Origin: Entomortierella parvispora E1425
Taxonomy: Eukaryota; Fungi; Mortierellomycota
Assembly (NCBI GenBank): GCA_020891255.1
Contig: BQFW01000006.1
Coordinates: 2,356,001 to 2,420,000 of the forward strand
Length of the DNA: 64,000 nt
Reading direction: 5' to 3'
Shown: piece by piece, positions 11,582 through 27,817 of the stretch
Numbering within the stretch: the stretch's first letter is position 1
Layout: each line of letters opens with the position of its first letter
Notes under the pieces: generated by a model
The model's input: only the letters and a program-made list of their open reading frames with translations
Database searches by the model: none
What the model was told of the DNA's origin: nothing
Position numbers and translations under genes: made by a program

Positions 11582-13964
11582 TCATACTTGGATGGGATCC
11601 ACCGTCAAGCAAACAGGAGCGGGCCCTGAAGTTGAGGATGAAGAAGAAGAATCGGGAGCTGTAGAATTGCCATTCAAGCTCGTGCAACAGGCCTCAAAGT
11701 CGCAACCCGAACCAGCTTTTTCAAGAAGCTGTTTGAACGTGGCCCAGTCGCAAAAGTAACCTGCTTTCTCTGCCTCTTCTTCAGTGCCGCAGCCAGGGAT
11801 CGCCTTTGGTATCTCATTCACCAACAAACGAACCAGTCCCGCAGAGGGAGAAGCAGAGGTGGAAGAGAAGGTGGAGGAAGAGACTGGGGTGAAGCTCATC
11901 TTGTCAAGGCGTCGGATCGAGGGCTTGGGTCGGTAGACTTCAAAAGCTATGTTGGCAGCAAAGGGCGAAATCTGGCTCGCCCGGAACTGACGCGCCTGGA
12001 TCTGCTCTGGTGTCATGCTGCTGGTCAGAGGTGGGTCTTGATATAAACCCTACATGTTTGTTTGGAACGGAGCACAAAGTCGAATTGGCCATCAGCACCG
12101 TGCATAGACTGGTCAAAGTGATCCACCATTGAAAAGACAAAAAAAAAAAACTCACCAAGAAAGTTGAAAAGAAAAAAATGGTCTCTGAATGGCCAAACTT
12201 CAACACGAACTTGTAATCGCTCGGCGGATCTCCACCGTCGTCGTCCTCTCCCACATTCTGTGCCCCTTCCTTTTCCTTGTCCTTTCTCGTTTTCATCCCA
12301 GAGGATGCCCCTTGCTGACTCTCAGGCGCCAAGGCCTTCTCGATCGAATCCTGGACGGCCGTCCCAAGTACGCAGCCGAGATGCTTATTAAATGGCACGC
12401 CAGGACCATGGGTGTAGAAATCATCAAGATCACTGGAAAACTCGAGTTGTTGAAACGTCAATCTCGTCTCCTCCTCGGTTTTGCCATTCAAAAGGCTACA
12501 CCAGGTCTGGTTCTGGCCGTAGAACGAAACCTCGAATCCACAAAGACCATAGATGATCTCCACATCTTTGTCAGTCAAAGTGACGGATGTCCCAAAGAGA
12601 CTCGAGATCCGAGAAGCCAAGGCTGGGAGGAAGGTTTCTTTGTAGAGCTTCTCCTCACGAACAACATCGGGCTGGTCCTTGACATTGTCGAGCCATCGAG
12701 GGCATGCGTACTTGACAGCCAACTCTTGATCCAAGCCCTGTTTTGTTTTTTTGTTTGTTAGTTTGAGTAGAACGTCAATGGCAAACGACACGACTACACT
12801 TCTAGTAAACTGGCTACATTACATTGGGCATGGTAAAGATATCGACGGGCTGGGCAGGAGGAATCTCGGATGGTGAATGATCCACATCCACACCAGGGTC
12901 CTGTGTCATTCTCCCTTTCAAAAGTCCCAACGAGTATGCAAATGCTGATTGACTGCATCGGGACTTGTCCGAAGATCGGAACTCGAACGTAGCAGCATTG
13001 TAAGGGTATCGATCTAGCAGTGCCTTGTACCGGATAGCAAATCGACTGCCAATCTGGTACAGATCAGAGCCCCCCTGGGCTGACAGTAGATTGCCCATGG
13101 CGACCGGGTACATCTTGTCGCTGGACTAGAGACAAGTTCCAGAGAAGTCAGATGTGGTCTGCAGTGACAAAATGTATGAAGGGATCCGTTTTCCCTTTTG
13201 CAATTGAAAGACACGACGTGCAGTCCTTCGTACCCACTGCTGAAGCCACTCATGGCCGGGGGCATTGACAGCCTTGAGCTTGTCCGCGAGGACCTTGTAG
13301 GTCTTGGACTTGGATGCGCTTGGGAATCGGGTACCTGTTTTTTTTTTTTTTTTTTTTTTGGTGTCAAAGCGCCCAATCAATCAAAACAATGCTTGTTAGC
13401 TGAAGATCCGTTTACCTCGATGTCCGAGCTTCGTGTGTGGCACATCAGCTTTTACCGTGTCGGTTAATCTACGAGGTTCAATGGTCAGAGAGGGCAATTT
13501 TCAGTTAGGTGGGATGCATGAATGCGAGAGATATTTGTTCCGGCTTGCTCATTCACTCTCTCCCTACATACCAGTTGCAATTGAGCCAGCTCATAGCCCT
13601 CTGGGACATCATTCAAAGGCCCAACCGGTCTGTCGTAGTGAGGATAGGGAGATTTTGTGCTGAGATATCCTCGAATCCACTCTAGCGGGAGGGATCCATC
13701 TGAACCCTTGACCGTCTCGGTCTGCAGCAGTGCCTGAGAAGGTACTCTTTGGGCCGTCTGATCTGTGATAGGCTGTGGGTCAGTGTCCCCTTTTCGAGGT
13801 GCCACAAATGTCCTCTCGCTCGCCAACGTGGTCACGGCCTCAGCGGATGGCGATTCTTTGGCGAGCACATTGAAACCTGGAGAGGAGGGCCAGCAGCTCA
13901 AGGCGAGGACAAGGACGATCACTGTCCACTTGGGAACGGTGCTGGTCTTTCTCCTTCGGTGCAT
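11582..13964 (-). CDS. histidine acid phosphatase, MINPP1/phytase-like; multi-exon
   Basis: N-terminal hydrophobic segment, LSTKSPYP, spliced RHGTRFP catalytic motif, FGHSET second motif, FRASQISPFAANIAFE. Confidence 0.87.
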
Positions 13965-15180
13965 ATTAATGGCAAAGGGGTGGATAGGTGGAAATTTGAC
14001 TTTGATCCGATTTTTCGGGTATATTTGATGGCGGGGTCAAGGACGAGGAGGAAGGGAGGAAGGGAGGAAGAAGGACAGGGAAGGACAGGAAAAACGGATA
14101 AAGAAAAGAGAAAGAGAAGGAAAAAGAAGGTGAAGTCGAGTCTTTTTTTTTAACGGAAAAGGGGACGGGTCTGGACAGGATCGCCATGCACTAATCAATT
14201 GAGATGAACGCCATCACGTCTGCGCCTGAATGAAGATTCATCAGGAGTTCACTGCAAGAGCACACAAACTCAACCATCGTCGTCCACAGGCGGTATCTTC
14301 ATTTCATCTCGATATCGATCTCTGCCGCTCTCTTCTCGTCTTCCCCCGATCCCCACTCCCCCAACCCCTTTGCTCTTTCTCTCACGGACCACCCATTTAT
14401 CCATTTAACTGTATCCCGTCTGCCTGCGCGATAATTCATGCTCGATAGCCGCTCGATTTCGCTCACTTTGCTGTCCCTTCTTCCAATAGTCGGGTCCGTC
14501 TTTGGCGCATGCGCCACCTACGGCCTGAACTGAATTCTCTCTCCGTGTTTAGCTAGTCCAAGGTACACCTGTTCTGTCCTACTCAAGAGAACCAACGAAC
14601 ACGTTTCGTTCGATTCGTTGGGCCGCGACCGCCTCCTTTTTTTGTATTTGAAGTTGTATGGTACAGTGGTACTTTCGTAGTGCGTGTGCGATCAAATGTT
14701 CCCAGGACCACCGTATGGACTTGCAATGTCGGACCTACCAAGGGATTGGTACATTGGATACCATGGCAAGATCACCCCCTAGCGATGTGATAGCGAGCAT
14801 GCGATTATCGTTGGCGCAGGGAGATGCAGAGAGATGCAGGAATTGTCGCGTCCTTATTCATGAGGGTGTATCTAGTCCCGACATGGAAGGAAGGAAGGAA
14901 AAAAAAAAGTGTAAATTTTCCTAGGTGGATCATGTCCCAAACTGGCAACATTGGGCGACAACATCCTGTCTTTTGTCAAGGGTCCTCCTTCCGTTTCTCT
15001 CTCTTTCTCTCCGATTCTCACATACACATTAAAGATGATGCAGTCCTTCTTGTTGCCCTGTCAAACTACCAATTGATTTTATTTGAAAGGTACAATAAAA
15101 AAAGCAAAAAAGAAAAAGTGTCCGCACTCGCAAAACGACTTGTCAAAGTATCAAGAAATGAAAACTTGGGACAAAATAAT

Positions 15181-15685
15181 TTAAGCGCGACGCTTCTCCT
15201 GGGGCTTGGCAAGGAAGTCGGTGTACTGCTGGTAAGGCGACATGGTGAACTTGGTCTCGGCCCAGAGGTCGGGGGTCAAGTAGCTGTAGGTGTTACCAAT
15301 GGCAGCGAAGGTAGCCTTGACAAAGTTGCCCAAGGTACGGGTGGAACCGAAAGCCTGGGTGTAGCAGTCAGTGACACCAGCGAGCTGGAGAAGCTTCTTG
15401 GGGACGGGGGCAGCAACGATGCCGGTACCGCGGGGAGCAGGGACCAAACGGGTGACGGCGGAACCGCACTTTCCGGTGACCTTGCAGGGAACGGTGTGGG
15501 GCTCGTTCAAGATGGAACCCCAGTATCCGCGACGGACGGGGATGACCGAGAGCTTGGCGAGGATGATGGCACCACGGATGGCGGTGGCAACCTCCTTGGA
15601 GCACTTGACACCGAGACCGACGTGGCCGTTGGAGTCACCAATGACAACGAAAGCCTTAAAGCGGGTACGCTGACCAGCACGGGTC

Positions 15686-15717
<32 letters not shown>

Positions 15718-15941
15718 ATCCTTCAAGGTGGGAAGGAAGTAGTCAACGATCTGGTACTCCTTGATGGGGAGGGAGAACAAGTAGATCTGCTCAATAGACT
15801 GGATCTTGCGGTCCTTGACGAGACGTCCGAGCTTGGTGACGGGAGTCCAGGTCTCCTTCTCGTCCTTGCCTCCACGGCCACGTCCACGACCGCGGCCACG
15901 GTCACCACCGCGACCACGACCACGTCCAAAACCACCACGTC
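15181..15941 (-). CDS. RPS2: 40S ribosomal protein S2 (uS5), main exon; first coding exon not resolved
   Basis: RGG-rich N-terminus, [62 protein letters not shown]. Confidence 0.96.
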
Positions 15942-17326
15942 CTGTAAGATGAGAAGAAAACGAAGCATTGGGAACAGACTTAGTATATCTGCCATGGTTG
16001 ATTGTAAAAGAGAGGGGGAAAAAAAATGTCCAAAATATTGACTGTCGGGCTGATCCTGTAATCCAGACAGATCAACAATCCAGAGTTGGCAGTGAAGATG
16101 ACTCTTACTGATGTCCTAGTTGACGCTGATGTCTATGCCCTCTCTTTCGAGAAAGAGTCCATTGTGCAGAAAGAAACAAGATCTCTCAGGATCGATTCAA
16201 ATCCCACAGCCAACCCCATCCAGACGTCACATCAGATTGCCCATTCATTCTTCCTGCATGGATGGAGTTCACTAATTGATGATGCTGCCTCCTCCTGATG
16301 CTGCTCCTGCGTATTCATATACGGTATGAATCCTGAATCCAGTCAGAAAAGCCATTGATCCCGTTCATTGCTGAATGTTGTTATTACCACGAGTATCGGC
16401 CGTTGCGTTGTCAGCCATTGCGACTATGAGTTTAGAGAGATGATGGGAACAGATGATGTTAGATCTTGGCTTCATCCTTCATCTTTGCTAGAATCCATTG
16501 CCTGGAATCGTATCCATTCAGCCCAGTTGCTTTGCCAAACGGTCCAATCTATAGTCACAGCCGGTCCAGTCCGTCGAGCAAGTGAGTGATGCGACATGGC
16601 GTCAGCAGCGGTGGACCGGGATGCAGGGTCGATGGGTCCAGTGATGGTCATGGTTGCGCCTCTGTATCGATGGATGGTTGCCAGTGCGTCGCCCAAGGAT
16701 CCATGGACCGATGCTTGCCATCCATGGGGGCGGTATCCCAGCCCGTCCAGTTCCCACTGCAGACTCCAGATTCAAAGAAATCCGTCACGTGATATGTACA
16801 TTTTTTTGATTTGTTGAAACGAAAAGACCGAACAAAGACCGCGGCCCTCGCTGCCATAAAAAAGCCAGCAGACCCACGGCCCAAAATCCAGGCTGCACCC
16901 TTAAGAGAGAACACTGGGCGAACGTGCGAAGCCTAGAAACTCACATCAAGTTCATCATTACCCTGTGTTCAATGGGCACCACCGAGACTGCTGGTTGATT
17001 GTCCTTGTTGATGGTCGCTGCTGAATAGTTTGTGATTATTGGATGATGTCCAGATTTATTGGGATGTAGGAGAAAAAATGTGGAATGGGGAGGAAAGACG
17101 GGAAAAAACTGTACAAATAACTGAAAAGAAGGGGGGTGAGAGAAAGCAAGAGCGCAAAAAAAGGCAAGGGGTCATGACCTCCCACGAGAGCATAGAAAAG
17201 GGGATATATGGAAAAAAAAAAGAGGTTTTTCTCTTCTCGCAGCAAGGATTGAATGGTATCGCTACCATCCCGATCCTAATGATGTCCGTTCCAATTGCCC
17301 TTCTTTGGTCCAGGTGCTTTCATTCT

Positions 17327-20108
<2,782 letters not shown>

Positions 20109-22708
20109 GGTATATGGATAGAGATAAGATAGTCTTGAGGAAGAGTAGAGGTTGATTGGGGAGAAGAGGGGAAGAGGAAGGCAGGAGAGGTGGCGAAGAT
20201 ATAGAAGGGAAAGCTGAAGGTGGGAAAAACAGATTGTGAAAAGGGAAAAGAACAGATGAGGAATGGAATGGGGAGCGGCTTTTATACATGCGGCAGCCTG
20301 CTGTCTGTGCTTCTTTGCTCCTTCCTTTCCTTTGTGCGATTGAATTGAAGGGTTTCGCTGCCTTCTTTCTGCACGCAGGCAGCACGGGGGGAACATCCAT
20401 CCTTCACTAATCATTCAGTCCATTCTATTCAATCGCTGCCTGGCCGGGGCAGAGGAAACCTTGTTCCTGCCTGTGCCTGTGTCTGCGCTGGCTCGCCCTT
20501 CCTTCCCTTTTCTAGCATTCTATCTGTCTCTCTTTTCCCTCTTCTCTTGGACTCTTTTTGTTTTTCTCTCTGTGCCAGCCCGCACGTCCGCCTCCTTGCC
20601 TGTCCTTGTCCTTCGTTCAACCAACCAGCGAACGAACGAACAAAACAAGCGAGCCATTGATGCGATGGGAGCAAAAGCAAAGGGCTCAGTCCTCCGTCCC
20701 TTTCATTTCCACAGAGAGTAAGAAAACTAGCAGGATCACTCCTCCAGCAGAGCGTCCTTCCGTGACCATCGCGATCCATCGCAACACAGAACAGAATGCC
20801 GTTTGATGACTTGGAGGTGTCCACGGATACACTTCGACCACTCCAAAACACACACATCTCGAGGCAGGGACCCAGCACAAACAATAAGTGCTGCTCAACT
20901 TTCTTATTTGGTCTTCCGCTCTCGCCTTGACTATCTTCATTTCCAATTGAACAAACTCTTTAGAATTGTAATATGGCCTGCACCCCAGCAGCAGCCAGCA
21001 GTTGGTCAGCCTTGCTGTCCATTCCTCCGCCTCGCTTGTCCACAGTCATAACCTAAAAATAAAAAGCTTTCATGTATTTTTACAACCACTCTATGGCGAC
21101 GCCCTTGTCCAATCAGCACCCTGCCACGGATACAACTTTCGTTCAGTTTCTCTCTGTGTTTCTGTGGCTGCACCTCTGTTGCTGTTACGAAAGAACATGG
21201 GGAGAACGACATCATCTTCTTGTGTTGCTATCGAGAGACTCTTCATATGTCTGGGAGATGAGAGCCATCCTCCTCTCGTCCACTTTCCCAGTCCATTGCT
21301 TATCCTCGGTCCTGTTCCGCCAGTTTATTTTTATGTTTTTGTGGAGTGCTTCCAAAGTGTGTGCCTTGGGCAACTGGGCCATTGGCGAACAGTGCCTCAT
21401 TAAAACCAGTCAAGAGATGGTCAGGGAAAATTGTATCCGTGGAAACAATCGAGGCCACGAGAAAAGCCATTCCCCTCGATTGCGTCGTTGGCTGGGCCAC
21501 ACGACCGACAACTGTTTGCTTTGCCCAGAGGTTGTTTGTTGCCCTGCCACCCTTGCTCTCTCTATCTCTATATCCATATCTCTATATTATTGCTCGCTGT
21601 TCAATATGTCTTCTTGACCAAAAGATTGCCTTTCGGCCCCTAGTGCCGAATGGATACACGCGAGCAAAGGAAACGAAAAACGCTCTGTCGCCAGCCGGTG
21701 TCCCACTGGAATCAAAAAATAAATTTCCCTCTTTCTCTTTCTGCGCTCTCCCTTATCCTGAGCCGTCTTTTTTTTTTTTTTCTGCTGCTTATCTTTGCCG
21801 ACCTTATCGTTCACCTCTTCATCCTTCACGGTCTCTATTTAGGTCATACCGGACTTTTTGCAGTCCTATTTTCGGGTTTTTATTTCGCTCTCACACGCTT
21901 TTCACTCATGGGTTGCACCTCCTTGTTCTTTCGTCGTTGCTCCTCTCTCTGCTGTATCTCTCCCTGCGGCTGCCACAAGTCTTTGCACGGCGCGTTCGCT
22001 CTCATGAAAAAGAGGAAACAAAAAGATACGCGATGCCTACGCGGCGCGGATCCCTCCAATAATTGCGTATTTTTTTTGGTCATTCGGCGTTCAATGGCGC
22101 TCTGGCTGTTTTCACAGCTCTTTGTCTCCATGACAAGTGTTATCTCAGTTTATTTTTACATCATTGAACGGGCGGGAAGGAAAAACCCAAGGAAGTGATG
22201 AGGTCCCCCCCCCCCTGCCTGCCTTCCGTCTTTTCCCCTCCTTCCCCCTCGGAGAGGACCCAAGACATTGCATCAATGAAATCGACTGGCTCAAAGTCCC
22301 GAGACCCCGACCCATGCAGAGCCCCCTTTTCAGGACAACCCTTTCTATGGATTCTTTTTTAGAGATGATCGCGTGAGATGTTCCTGGACTCGAGGTCGCA
22401 AACTCCTCGGAAGACGCGTCGAGGAGCAAGCGCAGGCACACTGCAGACAGCACTGTGAGCAAACAGCACTAGTGGCACGTGATGCGACCATGTCGTCACG
22501 GAATTTTTTCACGACTTTTCAACTCACGCGTCGCCATGGACCGAGGGCGGACCAAGGGACGACAAGGTCTACTGCTGCTAAAAAAACAGACCATTGCTGC
22601 CCCGTGCGTGGGCTAAGGGGTGCAACTACGTTGCCCCTCTGTTGCACTCTTTCCTCGCCTTCATCCATTCCATTTACATTTCGCCCTCTTTGGACAACCT
22701 CATTCACC

Positions 22709-25399
22709 ATGGCGGAAGAAAAACCAACGAGCTTTGTAGTCGATATCGAGCAGGCGCGCACTGCCCCCTCTCCCAACAGGTCCACGATGCCTGCCTCCCC
22801 TCCTTCTCCTACCTTGCCAATCTTCACTCGGCCTCCTACCACGACCAAGAAAAGAAGCGGTCGTGAGAGTCCCTGTGGGCCATTTTCGTGGTTGGTCCAA
22901 CTCTTGAATGAAAACCCAACAGCAGTCAGAAGCGGTCGATACTCTATCAAATTCCGTCAAATTCTGGCCCTGGTCTTGATGCTCTTGGTCCTGGGTGGCC
23001 TCTGGTTCTCCAAAAGCGAATCCTTCTCAAAGACAACGCCCATTTATCACACACCAAACGATGTCCAGGAAGGCTCCGCGCATCAGAAACCATCCTCGGA
23101 CGACTTTTGGATCCATCCCATTGTGGAGGAGCCCCCTAAAGAGCCAAAGGTGGCTGATGTCTTTCGATTACAACTCTCTGGGAAGGCCCTGGAACGATAT
23201 GATAGAGTCCGAGGCAAAAACACATTCTCGAGCCTCCCTAAAATCCAGCATTCCTTCCAGGAAAGGGAAACCGACACTGATCGTTTTGTACGGGAACAGC
23301 GACTGGAAAAAATTCGGGAGGGCTTTGAGCATGCTTGGAAGGGCTACAAGGCTCATGCTTGGGGACACGATGAGGTGGTCCCTACCAGAGGAGGACACCG
23401 GGATTCCTTTGGTGGTTGGGGCGCGACCATTGTTGATAGCCTGGATACACTGGTGATCATGGGCTTTAACGAGGAATTCGACGAGGCTCTGGAGTGGGTA
23501 AAGACGGAATTCGACATGACCAAGAACCCAACAGCCCATCTGTCGTTCTTTGAGACGACGATTCGATACCTGGGCGGCTTCCTGAGCGCCTATGATTTGA
23601 CAGGTGAAGAGATCCTGCTGCAAAAGGCTACAGAGTTGGGCGACTATTTACTGAATGCGTTTGTGGACGGCAATGAGTTCCCGTCCAGCACCTTTACAAT
23701 TGACAAGCCGTCCAACCGTGCTTCGGGAATTCATGTCCTGGCGGAAATTGGGACGATCCAGGTCGAGTTTACAAGGTTGTCGGCCCTGACAGGTAACCCG
23801 ATATACGACCAAAAGGTGGGTGTTTTGGGAAGACAATATGGAAACACTTGAGTACTTTTTTTTTATTCTTTATATCGAACATCTAATCATGAACTTCTTT
23901 GGACAATGATGTAGGCTCAGAACATCATTGACGTCCTCTCCACCGCTACATCAGACCTACCAGGGATTCTTCCTAGCCGGGTCCCATCGGGAAAGAACAA
24001 ATCATATCAAAACTTCAAAGCTTCTATCGGTGGAATGGCAGATAGCTATTACGAGGTAGGAGACGATTGCGAACACGCTGAGAGTACGTTACGATTGCAA
24101 GCTCTGGCAAGGGACTGACTTCTATTTACTCTTCCAATTTTTGCTGTAGTATCTCCTCAAAGAATGGATCTTGCTCGATGGAAAAGTGGCAAAGTACAGG
24201 GACATGTGTAAGGGTTGCAGTTGAGAATGACAAAGCGAATCATATTCAAATAGAGTGGAAGCACATGCTAACCACGGATGTTTTTGTTGAATAGTTGAAA
24301 TGGCGATGACTTCTTTGAAGTCTTTTATGGTCAGTCGACCAGACAATGGTTCGTCTGACTACGCCATTGTTGGGCAAGTCTATACTTCAGAAAAGAACAT
24401 TGATACCCAGATGGATCACCTTGTAAGTCATTCATTCTCGGCTTCTGAATGTGATGCATGGAGAAAAAAAAGGGGGCTAGTTTTTTTTTTTTTTTTTTTT
24501 TTTTGACAATAATGAGATGTCTTTGTGATACCATTCTTCACAGTCTTGCTTCATTGCTGGATCTCTGGCTATGGGCTCCAAATACTTTGATAGACCCGAG
24601 GACCTTATTCTGGCGAGACAGGTCGCAGAGGCTTGCTATCTTGGCTACCGCTCTTCTGAGACTGGATTGGGACCGGAGACAATGCAGTTTTCGGGCAAGC
24701 AGGGCACTAGAGGTGATGTCTTCATTTCCGAACCAGACACGTTCTACAAGAGAGGCCAGGGCAGCAACGTTTATATCCTTCGACCTGGTAAGGGTTCATC
24801 CTATGACAGTTTCGCTTCTCAAAAAACCCCCCCAAATTATACTTAATAATCTCGCCTGGCAATCGTAGAAACGGTCGAGAGTCTTTGGATTCTTTATCGC
24901 CTCACAGGAGACAAAAGATACCAAGACAAGGCATGGGAAATATTTGAGGTAGCAACCGTTGCAAAAATAACTTTGAGCGAACAGGAAATAGAAAAGGAAC
25001 GAAGACCATCTCTTTTTTTACCCACACTTATTGATCTTTTCTCGTCTTACAACTTGGATACAGGCCCTTCAAAAGCACAGCCGTACTGATATTGCCTACT
25101 CTGGACTCATGGACGTCAACCAGGTCCGCTCATATGATAACAAGATGGAGAGGTATATATCCAGAAAAAGAAGAAAAAAAACATCGCAGGCATGTCGAGA
25201 CTTTGAGGAGGATCACACTAACACACGATATTGCGCCACAACTTTCTCTGCGTCTTCTAGCTTTTTCATGGCAGAAACCATGAAGTACCTCTATTTGATG
25301 TTCTCAGAACCCAACGTTATTTCTCTTGACGACTTTGTTCTCAACACCGAGGCGCACCCTGTCCGAAGGGTCGAGAAATTGACACAGGACCACATGTAA
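22709..25399 (+). CDS. glycoside hydrolase family 47 alpha-1,2-mannosidase, type II membrane; multi-exon
   Basis: TM segment, then [96 protein letters not shown]. Confidence 0.93.
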
Positions 25400-25427
25400 A
25401 TAGTTTATTCACGCACTGTCTCCGTAC

Positions 25428-27040
25428 TCAGACCAAAAGTCTCCCGGTTGGATAAAGAGCATAGACACTCTGTGTCCCATCATTGTTCTCAATGATCTCC
25501 AACGCGCCGACGTGCCCGCCATAATATTTGCTAATACCCACATCAATGTCGAGATAACTGCCGCCACAGAGCGACAGGACCTTGCCTGTCTTGTGTTGTG
25601 GCGTATGTCCTGAGATGAGGCGATTGACCTACATGTGAAGCAGTGCGAGGCATTGGTTTAAGTCTGGTTGAAACGTGTTTTTACGTTGCGACAGCCCAAC
25701 CTTTGGAGATTGATCTTTTTTCTTACCCCAAGGATCTTTTTGACACTCTCAACAGTCTTGCACGTTTCTTCTAATCCACCCTCTTGAGATGCAAGTGCAC
25801 GGTTCCATACCGGTCCTAAGTTTGGGTTTGGGCGATCCATGTGGAGATGTTCAGTTCATAGATAAGATCGTCAGTGCCGGCTCGGACATTGTCTGTGAGG
25901 AGGAAGGATCAGCTTACCTTTTGTTGTAAAGATGGGGGCCCTGTGTTCACCATTCATGATGGCTTGGGTCGCCAAGAAGTTCATGTCGTCCACGCCGACT
26001 TTGGCCCATTCTGGATGCATGTCAGCATGACTAAAGACTGTGTGGCCATGGTGGATATGACTGATGTTGAAGTTGTTCAAGACAAACTTGCCCAGCCAGC
26101 CCGATCGGACATCCCAAGCCTCTTTTCGCTTCTGTCGACCGCCAAAAGAGGCATAGTCCTCTTCTGTGACATAACGCAGGTCGCCTCCAATGTTCATGAC
26201 TTCGTGGCTAGAGATAAGGGCCAAAAAAAGCAGTGTCAGTGAGTTGTTCATAACAATGACAAGAAGACGGGGCATAGCTCCCGTTCCATCTGCGCCCACC
26301 GGTCCTTACTTTCCCATCAGGTTGATCACCTACGGACGACAACAAAACAGAAAAATAAGTCAAATTGTCAGTCTGTCAGGTCAATCCGTCCGTTGACAAC
26401 TCCTGATCGTCCAAATGTGGCGTTCTTTGGACGCATGCAATCCCGTTACCTCTCCTCCTACAGACCTGGCCTGCGCCCTCAGTTTCTCGAACAAGCGAAA
26501 GACAGCGATCGTGTCTGGACCTCGATCGACCAGATCGCCCTATGCAAGCGAGATGGATTGATCATGTGTACAAAGAAAAAGTCATGGCGTCAACTGTTAA
26601 GTCGGAGAATTGTCCAGATGCAAAGATGTGCGCTTATCGAGCAACGAGGTGAAGAAGAGAAACGAACAGACGCGTACCGTCTGGATAAGTGTATCCTGGC
26701 CGCCGGACCAGTTTTCCTCCCGGTCGACCATGCTGGCGAGTCGGAGGACAGCAAGGGTCTGGGGATAGTCCGAATGGAGGTCGCCCACGGCCACGATCCT
26801 ATTATTGACGCGGGCAGGATGAGGAAGGGGAGGACGGGGATGTTCAAAGGAGAGCTGTGCGTCGTCTGGGTGCGTCCAAGGGGTCTGAGCGCGCTCGGCG
26901 TGGGCACCCTGCAGAGAGAGGGGAGCGGCTAGGAGGATGGCCACGAGGGCGACGAGCGCAAGGAGGTGCTGGCAGCGAGAGGTGGCGACTGCAGAAGAAG
27001 CAGAGGCAGACCAAGGAGACCAAGACGAAGAAGGATGCAT
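25428..27040 (-). CDS. calcineurin-like metallophosphoesterase (Shewanella-like phosphatase type) with N-terminal signal/TM; multi-exon
   Basis: Motifs VAVGDLHSD, GDLIDRGPD, NHEVMN, FSHA, ISGHTPQ, IDVGIS. Confidence 0.87.
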
Positions 27041-27339
27041 GGTTGGGAAGAGGGTCGGTAGGACAGGCAGGACAGCAAGACAGCAAGACAGGTAGGACAA
27101 AGAAGGCCAGACAGACAAGGCAAAGAAAGACAAGGCAGGAGCACAGGAGAATGGGATCAAAGGGGGGCAGGATGCATTGACCAAGGTGGATGAGGATGAA
27201 GACTCCTTTTCGTCTCCTCGAGACTAGGATGGGTATTGGGGCAGGAGCAGGGGGGAGAAGAGAAGGGACGACAAGGGACGACAAGGGAAGGGAAAGAGAA
27301 GAGAAGGGAAAGAGAGTGGAGAGTGGAGTGTCACCGTCC

Positions 27340-27462
27340 GTCTCTTCTCTCTTCTCTCTTCTCTCTCTTCTCTCTTCTCTCTTCTTTGCCTGCTCCCATT
27401 TGCCATCCTTCTCTTCATCCCATCCTGGCCTGTTCCTCTTTGTCCTGCCACTGCCGTTCTCT

Positions 27463-27495
<33 letters not shown>

Positions 27496-27500
27496 CTCTC
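27340..27500. repeat. CT-rich low-complexity tract in the divergent promoter
   Basis: Imperfect (CT)n/(CTT) repeats. Confidence 0.8.
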
Positions 27501-27817
27501 TCTTGACCTACTCCTCTCCTACCTCCAGACCGAAGGCAACTCAAACAGGACTCTTTGACTCTCCCGCCCTCTCTCTTCTTTCCTCTATCGGTCCATCCCT
27601 CCATCAACGTAAGCAAGAGACCTTCTCTTCTCATTCTTTTCATTCTTTTCATTCTTCATCCACCTTAGAAAGCGTCTCTCTGAAGGACCAACCCGACTCG
27701 CTGTCCTGGCATGGATGGGAATCCCCCTCCGGGACGGGCCTTCCTTTGCCTTCCTTTTGACAATGTTCATGCAACTCATATATCCTTACTTCTTTCTTCT
27801 CCTAGGCACCCGTCACC

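Noticed and set aside
14824-16041. 405-aa plus-strand ORF
   Set aside because: Antisense shadow of the codon-biased RPS2 exon; no independent motifs
22373-22708. In-frame N-terminal extension of the GH47 ORF
   Set aside because: No motif; the downstream caccATGG context and type II TM spacing favour 22709
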